64,000 nucleotides of DNA from an uncultured Eubacteriales bacterium (GTDB lineage Bacteria; Bacillota; Clostridia; Oscillospirales; CAG-272): the NCBI GenBank assembly GCA_934489945.1, contig CAKSSY010000002.1, positions 14,002 through 78,001 of the forward strand, in the 5' to 3' direction. Positions 39,585 to 45,917 of this stretch are shown piece after piece (positions within the stretch are counted from its first letter, which is position 1; every line of letters begins with the position of its first letter). The notes under the pieces were generated by a model, which was not told where the DNA came from, did no database searches, and was given only the letters and a program-made list of their open reading frames with translations. A program made the position numbers and the translations under genes.

Positions 39585-40868
39585 TTATTCTTCGTAATAA
39601 TCTTTCTCGGTATAGGTAAGCCGTTCCCATGACGACGGCGCGTCTCCAAAATCCGGAATGTCCATAAGGATTCCGCCCCGAAGAGCCGATTCGTGCGCTA
39701 CAAGCCCCGGAATCATGTAACGTGCCGAATCCCATGCGTTGTTCGGAGGCAACTTTTCCTCCATGACCGCACGGATGAAATCGTCCACCAGAAAAGGATG
39801 GGAATTGAAATGCGAAAACGGCGCGATATCACGGAACCCCTTCGGCAGACGGCTCTTGTCCTGAACCGGAGAGAACCCTTTGATATACCGTATCGAAATA
39901 GGATCGCTGGACCAATCGATCTTTCCCGCCCTTTTGTCGGCAATGTAGTCGTCACAATTTACAAATTCGTCGAGATATTCGATGTGCGGTTTCTTGTCCT
40001 CACCCATCTTGACGGCGGAAACGCCGCGCTGAAAGGTGTGTTGCGTCACACTGCACTCATAGGCACCCTTGTCCCCGTAAAACGCCGTGATGTAAGAAGA
40101 CGGCTTGTTGATGCCGACCCGGCGGAATTCGTTGATCCGCACTACACCGCCACCCGACATCCGGAAGATTGCCGTCTCGTTGGAGAAGGGATTGTCCCAG
40201 TTGTTTTTGCCGACACCGAAAATGTCGTCGGTATGAAAATTGTCATCCAGTCCCATACAGGAAACCTTGGTAGCATACTCATCAATTGCCGAAAACACCA
40301 TGGAAATGGAGTGCGTGGGATAGAACATCGGCGGAATCCCCGCCACACGTTGCCAATGTTCACCACCGCTACGGCTGAACGAACTGTACATTTCGGAAAT
40401 GTCGTGATAATACTGCGCCTCGGCGTACACGAATTTTCCAAAACCGCCCTCCCGGTATTTTTCACGGCAATAGATGGCACAGGGATAATAATAACAGGTT
40501 TCGCCCATCATATAGACAAGTCCCGTTTTCTTTACCTTTTCAATAATCTCCCCGATTTCTTCAATCGTGCAGGCGATCGGCACGGCACTGTAGACATTCT
40601 TGCCCGCGTCAAGTGCCTGCAACACCATCGGTCCATGAAGATGACGCTGCGTAAAAATTCCGATGCAATTGAGGTCTTTTCCTTCTTTCAACATCTCGTC
40701 AAGCGAATGGTAAAGACGACTTACGCCGTGCTTTGCGCCGCTCTCGGTCAGTCTGCCATCATCCAGATCGGCAATTGCGAGTTCTTCCACATCTGGATGT
40801 TCGTGAAACAGCCGGATAAAATCATCCGAAAAGTTTCCCGCCCCCACAATTCCCATACGCGCTTTCAT
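39585..40868 (-). CDS. long (~427 aa) Gfo/Idh/MocA-like oxidoreductase, tandem paralogue 1
   Basis: N-terminus MGIVGAGNFSDDF and the same SAVPIACT variant. I chose the start at 40868 (AAGGAG Shine-Dalgarno sequence; promoter at 40894-40922); ATGs at 40895 and 40856 are also possible. Confidence 0.75.
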   Translation of the reverse strand: MKARMGIVGAGNFSDDFIRLFHEHPDVEELAIADLDDGRLTESGAKHGVSRLYHSLDEMLKEGKDLNCIGIFTQRHLHGPMVLQALDAGKNVYSAVPIACTIEEIGEIIEKVKKTGLVYMMGETCYYYPCAIYCREKYREGGFGKFVYAEAQYYHDISEMYSSFSRSGGEHWQRVAGIPPMFYPTHSISMVFSAIDEYATKVSCMGLDDNFHTDDIFGVGKNNWDNPFSNETAIFRMSGGGVVRINEFRRVGINKPSSYITAFYGDKGAYECSVTQHTFQRGVSAVKMGEDKKPHIEYLDEFVNCDDYIADKRAGKIDWSSDPISIRYIKGFSPVQDKSRLPKGFRDIAPFSHFNSHPFLVDDFIRAVMEEKLPPNNAWDSARYMIPGLVAHESALRGGILMDIPDFGDAPSSWERLTYTEKDYYEE

Positions 40869-40893
40869 TCTCCGATTCTCCTTGTTTTTCTTC

Positions 40894-40929
40894 ATTGTAC
40901 CACGTCCCGTCACATCCTGCAAGCAGGAT
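40894..40929 (-). promoter_or_regulatory. promoter of the Gfo/TIM-barrel operon with a 16-bp palindrome over the -35 box
   Basis: The minus strand reads TTGCAG (40922-40917), a 17-nt spacer, then an extended -10 TGgTACAAT (40899-40894). The perfect palindrome ATCCTGCAAGCAGGAT (40914-40929) covers the -35. Confidence 0.5.
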
Positions 40930-40964
40930 AACAAACTTTTCTATAACAAAATAAACTTTTTTTC

Positions 40965-40993
40965 TTGTAAAATGCGTTTTTCCGTGATATAAT
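40965..40993 (+). promoter_or_regulatory. sigma-A-type promoter of the divergent AraC regulator
   Basis: TTGTAA (40965-40970), a 17-nt spacer, then TATAAT (40988-40993). An AAGGAG Shine-Dalgarno sequence precedes the ATG at 41022. Confidence 0.55.
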
Positions 40994-41021
40994 TATAAAA
41001 AAAGAGACAAGGAGAAAAACC

Positions 41022-41864
41022 ATGGAACTGCGGGACCTCAATCCCTGCCTGCGTTTCGTACAAAAACGCTCGGTCACGGTATCTTATAAAGAAAACGTAT
41101 ATGCCTATGACTTCCGTTTGTTTTATCTCCTTTCGGGGCGGCTTGATATCAAGGTGGAGGACAAAATGTATATGCTGTCGCCCGATCAGGTGCTTTTTAT
41201 TCCTCCTGCCATTCCGTATCGCGTCTACGCATCGGAGGAAAACGAATTCATCATTCTGAATTTCGATATGACCCAGAAATATGCTGCCACATCATCCATC
41301 ACCCCCGACTACGCAAAGTATTTTGATGCCCGACACGTCATCAATCCCGAAACCGTCTCCGAGCTTTCCGTCACAACCCTGTTTGAAACACCTGACAGTG
41401 CACGGGAAGAAATCAATGCCCTGCATAATTGTTGGCTCGAGGAAATCCTGTATTATAAGGAAGAAAGCGACACGCGGTTGAAGTTGCTTCTGTTGTCACT
41501 CCTTGCTGCCAAACAATCCTCCTCGCCCAGCCACCCTCACATCGTGAATCGAATCCTCCGGTATATCGGCGACCATTATCGGGAGCCGCTTACGGCGGAG
41601 AGACTCGCACGGGAATTTCTTTACCACCCCAATCACCTCGGACGCGTTTTCCGTGAAGCAACCGGTGTCAGTCTGCATCGGTATGTCATAGACTGCCGCT
41701 TGCGGGAAGCGAAGGAGCTGCTTTCGACCACCGATAAAAGTATCGAAACCATCGCGCAACAGACAGGCTTTGAATCTCCGTCCTATTTCTCCAAATATTT
41801 CCGCCAAAAAACCGGTGTCTCCCCGTTCGCCTACCGGGAGAGCCATAAAAAATGGTTGTTCTGA
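41022..41864 (+). CDS. AraC-family transcriptional regulator (cupin-type sensor + HTH)
   Basis: 280 aa with an N-terminal AraC-binding/cupin-like region and a C-terminal HTH (PNHLGRVFREATGVSLHRYV...SPSYFSKYFRQKTGVSPFAYR). Confidence 0.85.
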   Translation: MELRDLNPCLRFVQKRSVTVSYKENVYAYDFRLFYLLSGRLDIKVEDKMYMLSPDQVLFIPPAIPYRVYASEENEFIILNFDMTQKYAATSSITPDYAKYFDARHVINPETVSELSVTTLFETPDSAREEINALHNCWLEEILYYKEESDTRLKLLLLSLLAAKQSSSPSHPHIVNRILRYIGDHYREPLTAERLAREFLYHPNHLGRVFREATGVSLHRYVIDCRLREAKELLSTTDKSIETIAQQTGFESPSYFSKYFRQKTGVSPFAYRESHKKWLF

Positions 41865-41947
41865 CCGCTCTTGCAATCGGTTGTGGATTGTGGTATAATA
41901 AGGAAATGAAAATTCGCCGCAGATGCGGCTGTTGAAAAGAGATCACT

Positions 41948-43168
41948 ATGAAAAACGAACGTCCTTATCCCGCACTCACTGTCACCCGTAAGGGACAAAT
42001 GTTTCTGGAAGGCGGACACGTCTGGGCTTACGCTGAAGAAATCACCTCGCCGACCGACGACATTCCCAACGGAAGTCTTGTCGATGTCGTCAGTGACAAG
42101 GGAAAATATATCGGCACCGGATTGTTCAGTAAACATTCCAAAATCCGCGTCCGCCTGCTGTCACGCAACGCCAATGACCGGTTTGATGCTTCTTTCTGGC
42201 ATCGCCGCGTCCGCTATGCGCTTGACTATCGGAAAACCGTCTACGGCGACGATACTGCCGCCTGCCGCCTTGTGTTCGGAGAAGCCGATGGCTTTCCCGG
42301 GTTCACCGTTGACCGTTACGGGGATATTCTCGTCACCCAGACACTCTCTTTCGGTATGGACAAAATCAAGCCAATGCTCTTCCCGATTCTCGTCGAAGAA
42401 CTCGCCGCGGACAAACAGAACGTAAACGGCATTTTTGAACGCAACGATGTGGCAATCCGGACTTTGGAGGGACTGGAACAGAATAAGGGATGGTTTCCGG
42501 GCTTCGTCGGAGATACCGTCAAAACCATTATCACGGAAAACGGTGTCCGCTACCATGTTGATGTGGAAAACGGACAAAAAACCGGCTTTTTCCTCGATCA
42601 ACGCCTCAATCGGCGCGCCCTTTCGGAAATTGCACACGGAAAGACGGTTCTGGATTGCTTTACGCATACGGGATCGTTTGCCCTCAATGCCGTAGCGGGT
42701 GGCGCGGCACATGTCACCGCTGTCGACATTTCGGACGATGCCATCGCCCTCGCCAAGCAGAACGCACAACTCAACGACGCAACCGACAAAATGGATTTTC
42801 TCTGTACCGATGTTTTCGACCTGCTCCCCGCCCTCGAAAAACAGGGAAAATCTCCCTATAATCTGATTGTCCTGGATCCGCCCGCCTTTACCAAATCCCG
42901 AAAAACCGTGGGAAATGCCGAACGCGGGTATAAGGAGATCAACTATCGTGCTATGAAGCTGTTGCCGCGCGGGGGATATCTTGCCACCTGCTCCTGCTCA
43001 CACTTTATGGAAAGCAGCCTGTTTGAAAAAATGCTTCATGATGCCGCGAAGGATGCCGGGGTTTCTCTGCGTCGAATCCGGATGCTCCAGCAGGCACCCG
43101 ACCACCCGATCCTCATGAATGTTCCCGAGACCGATTACCTCAAATTTTACCTGTTTCAGGTCGTATAA
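41948..43168 (+). CDS. rlmI: PUA-domain class I SAM-dependent rRNA (cytosine-C5) methyltransferase, RlmI/YwbD-like
   Basis: 406 aa. N-terminal PUA-like region followed by GFFLDQRLNR...VLDCFTHTGSFAL...LIVLDPPAFTKSRK. Confidence 0.75.
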   Translation: MKNERPYPALTVTRKGQMFLEGGHVWAYAEEITSPTDDIPNGSLVDVVSDKGKYIGTGLFSKHSKIRVRLLSRNANDRFDASFWHRRVRYALDYRKTVYGDDTAACRLVFGEADGFPGFTVDRYGDILVTQTLSFGMDKIKPMLFPILVEELAADKQNVNGIFERNDVAIRTLEGLEQNKGWFPGFVGDTVKTIITENGVRYHVDVENGQKTGFFLDQRLNRRALSEIAHGKTVLDCFTHTGSFALNAVAGGAAHVTAVDISDDAIALAKQNAQLNDATDKMDFLCTDVFDLLPALEKQGKSPYNLIVLDPPAFTKSRKTVGNAERGYKEINYRAMKLLPRGGYLATCSCSHFMESSLFEKMLHDAAKDAGVSLRRIRMLQQAPDHPILMNVPETDYLKFYLFQVV

Positions 43169-43179
43169 GGAGAAATGCC

Positions 43180-44460
43180 ATGACCGAAATCAACCTTCCT
43201 TTCGGAAAAGAGACACTCCCCCTCCGTATCGCCGACAATCACCTTGCCGCCATTCTCACCTCGGATATTCATAACTACATTCCCGGAAAAAGCGGCGCGG
43301 AACTTGTCCGGGAGGCATTGGAGCATCCTGTCGGCACACCCCGACTTTGTGACATGGCAGAAGGAAAAAATAAGGTGGTCGTCATATCCTCCGATCACAC
43401 ACGACCCGTTCCCAGTCATATTATCATGCCCCTGTTGCTTGCAGAGATCCGCCGCGGAAATCCCGATGCCGACATTACCATCCTTGTCGCCACGGGACTG
43501 CACCGCTCCACGACACGAGACGAATTGCGGGATAAATACGGAGAAGAGATTTTCAACCGTGAAAAAATCGTGATCCATGATTGCGATGACGAAAAGAATC
43601 TCGTTCGTGTAGGCAAACTCCCCTCCGGCGGCGAACTGATTCTGAATCGCCTTGCCGTGGAAGCGGATCTTCTGGTAGCCGAGGGATTCATTGAACCGCA
43701 TTTCTTTGCCGGATTTTCAGGCGGCAGAAAGAGCGTCCTGCCCGGAATTGCAAGCCGTAAGACCGTGATTTATAACCACAATTCGACATTTATCGCGAAC
43801 GAAAACGCACGCACGGGAAAACTGGACGGCAACCCCATTCACACCGATATGCTGTATGCCGCAAGAGCCGCAAGACTTGACTTTATCGTCAATGTCGTCA
43901 TTGATGCCGCTCACGAACCCATTTATGCCGTGGCGGGCGATTGCGATCTTGCCCACCGAGTCGGGAGAGAGTTCCTTGCCTCCCATTGCCGGAAGAAAGC
44001 CGTTCCCGCCGACATCGCCATCTCCACCAACGGCGGCTATCCGCTCGACCAGAACCTCTATCAGGCAGTCAAGGGCATGACAGCGGCAGAAGCCACCGTT
44101 CGCGAAGGCGGTGTCATTGTTATGGTTGCCAAGGCGGTGGACGGTCACGGCGGGGAATCTTTTTATAAAACCTTCCGGGATGCCGCGGATCTGCCCGCAC
44201 TCATGCAGTCCTTCCTCGATCGCAAGCCCGAGGATACGATTGTGGACCAGTGGGAATCGCAGATTCTTGCGCGGATTCTCCTGAAATGCCGCGTAATTTT
44301 TGTCTCTTCCTGCCCGGATGAGCTCATCCGTGAGATGCACATGATCCCTGCCCATACCATGGACGAGGCAATGGAAAACGCCATACGCCTTGTGGGAAAA
44401 GAGGACTATCGGGTAACGATCATTCCCGATGGTGTCTCGGTGATTGTGGAGCCGGCATGA
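43180..44460 (+). CDS. larA: LarA-family (nickel-pincer-dependent lactate racemase-like, DUF2088) protein
   Basis: 426 aa with the motifs VVVISSDHTRPVP, ILVATGLHR, EPHFFAGFSGGRKS and a C-terminal Rossmann-like half. The substrate cannot be read from the sequence. Confidence 0.75.
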   Translation: MTEINLPFGKETLPLRIADNHLAAILTSDIHNYIPGKSGAELVREALEHPVGTPRLCDMAEGKNKVVVISSDHTRPVPSHIIMPLLLAEIRRGNPDADITILVATGLHRSTTRDELRDKYGEEIFNREKIVIHDCDDEKNLVRVGKLPSGGELILNRLAVEADLLVAEGFIEPHFFAGFSGGRKSVLPGIASRKTVIYNHNSTFIANENARTGKLDGNPIHTDMLYAARAARLDFIVNVVIDAAHEPIYAVAGDCDLAHRVGREFLASHCRKKAVPADIAISTNGGYPLDQNLYQAVKGMTAAEATVREGGVIVMVAKAVDGHGGESFYKTFRDAADLPALMQSFLDRKPEDTIVDQWESQILARILLKCRVIFVSSCPDELIREMHMIPAHTMDEAMENAIRLVGKEDYRVTIIPDGVSVIVEPA

Positions 44461-45365
44461 ATAAACAGGAATCTGTTCGAATCAGTGCCGGTATCGGAAC
44501 CCTTATCACCGCCCAAAATCCCGTCATTTCCTATACCGCCGACGATGTAGAGAAAGCCAAAGCCTCCTACGACGCGGCAGAACTTGCCGAAATGCGGGAA
44601 CTGGGGCTTCTCGGAGAAGATTTTGAAGCCTATTTCGTAATTCGTGAATTTTGCGAACGCATCGGCTTGGGGGATGCGGCGGACGGCACATATATTCTGA
44701 AACTGTTTCAGAATTCCCGTCGGTTGGATGCCGATGCCTTTCTCCGTGACCCATACCTCCGCACGGTCAGCGTAACGGAGAAACAAATCGGTCGTTTTCT
44801 CCTGACGAATGCCGAATATGAACACGGCGAAATCTTTCTCTATGATATGCCGGACTTTACCGCTCCCATCGTAGTTCCGAAAATCGGCTTTTTTAACCGC
44901 CGTGTGCGCTTTCCGACCCTGTATGAAGGCAGTATGCCGTGGATCAGCGTCTGTCCTTCCGAAGTCAATTCCATGGAAAAAGAGATTGCCGCGGCGCACG
45001 GACGTGTGCTGGTTCTCGGACTCGGGCTCGGCTACTATCCCTTCCGCATCTCTGCCAAGCCGGAGGTGGAAAGTATCACGATTATTGAATTACAGAAAAC
45101 GATCATAGATATATTTTGCGAAAACCTCCTTCCGCAGTTTCCCGAACGCCAAAAAATACGGATTGTGAGAGGAGATGCCATCGCTTATCTTGGCTCGGTA
45201 CGCGACGGAGACTATGACTTCTGTTTTGCCGACATCTGGGAAGGTGTCGTCGACGGCGTTCCGCTCTATGAAAAGATTCGTCCGCACGAACACCGCCTTT
45301 TCTCTACCCATTTCACCTATTGGATCGGCGACCAGCTTTCTTATCTGTCGGAAACAGAAAAATAA
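44457..45365 (+). CDS. hypothetical protein with a spermidine-synthase-like / class I methyltransferase fold in its C-terminal half
   Basis: 302 aa. Its ATG overlaps the larA stop (ATGA). Glycine-rich loop VLVLGLGLGY, followed by IIELQKTIID...IVRGDAIAYL...DFCFADIWEG. Confidence 0.5.
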   Translation: MNKQESVRISAGIGTLITAQNPVISYTADDVEKAKASYDAAELAEMRELGLLGEDFEAYFVIREFCERIGLGDAADGTYILKLFQNSRRLDADAFLRDPYLRTVSVTEKQIGRFLLTNAEYEHGEIFLYDMPDFTAPIVVPKIGFFNRRVRFPTLYEGSMPWISVCPSEVNSMEKEIAAAHGRVLVLGLGLGYYPFRISAKPEVESITIIELQKTIIDIFCENLLPQFPERQKIRIVRGDAIAYLGSVRDGDYDFCFADIWEGVVDGVPLYEKIRPHEHRLFSTHFTYWIGDQLSYLSETEK

Positions 45366-45374
45366 AAACGAAGG

Positions 45375-45420
45375 GGTGGAAAAAACTCAAAATGAGTTTT
45401 TTCCACCTCATTTTCTTTTG
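45375..45420 (+). terminator. intrinsic terminator
   Basis: GGTGGAAAAAACTCA-aaa-TGAGTTTTTTCCACC followed by TCATTTTCTTTTG. Confidence 0.8.
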
Positions 45421-45446
45421 CATATTTTCGGTGTTCAACACATAAA

Positions 45447-45875
45447 ATTTCGAGAGGGGAGGCGATCCGAACGGAGTTCCTATGGAAATGCCGCAACGTA
45501 AACATACGGGAAGACGGGGTAACACTTGTACGCGGCTCCTTTCGTTATCCCGTTCTGCCGAAAGAGGATCTCTACGGCGAACTTGCCGAAAAATGCGAGA
45601 ACTGGCTCCGCGCGGAGCTTGCGCCTGTCGCGGCGCGGGAATACGCCGAATTCCCCTCGGCAAAAAAACACTTTTTCTTTCCCTCCTATGACTACCGCTT
45701 TGAGGTACAGACGACAGAAAAAACGGCATCAAGCGTCACTCTGAAGCTGCAAGTGACGCTTGCACGCCGCCATACACACGAGCCACCGGTTCATACCGAA
45801 AGTCTTGAGACCTTCCGCCTGTCGGATATGCGACTCCTGCCGCCGGTGCGACAAAAGAAAACGAAATCCTCTGAC
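45447..45875 (+). pseudogene. protein-like open frame without a canonical start codon (possible pseudogene or unusual start)
   Basis: Frame 0 is open from 45396 to TGA at 45873-45875 and translates to a non-repetitive, protein-like sequence (...IREDGVTLVRGSFRYPVLPKEDLYGELAEKCENWLRAELAPVAAREYAEF...). The only in-frame ATG/GTG/TTG codons are at 45753 and 45828. A strong GAGAGGGGAGG Shine-Dalgarno-like sequence sits at 45452-45462. Confidence 0.3.
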
Positions 45876-45917
45876 AAACATCCCCCCGATGCACACTCGT
45901 GAATCGGGGGGATTGCT

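Noticed and set aside
38300-40931. Two plus-strand ORFs of 439 and 412 aa mirroring the tandem Gfo-like paralogues.
   Set aside because: They mirror each other only because the sense genes are paralogous. The minus-strand proteins carry the Rossmann N-terminus and conserved blocks, while the plus-strand translations are Arg/His-rich and look like noise.
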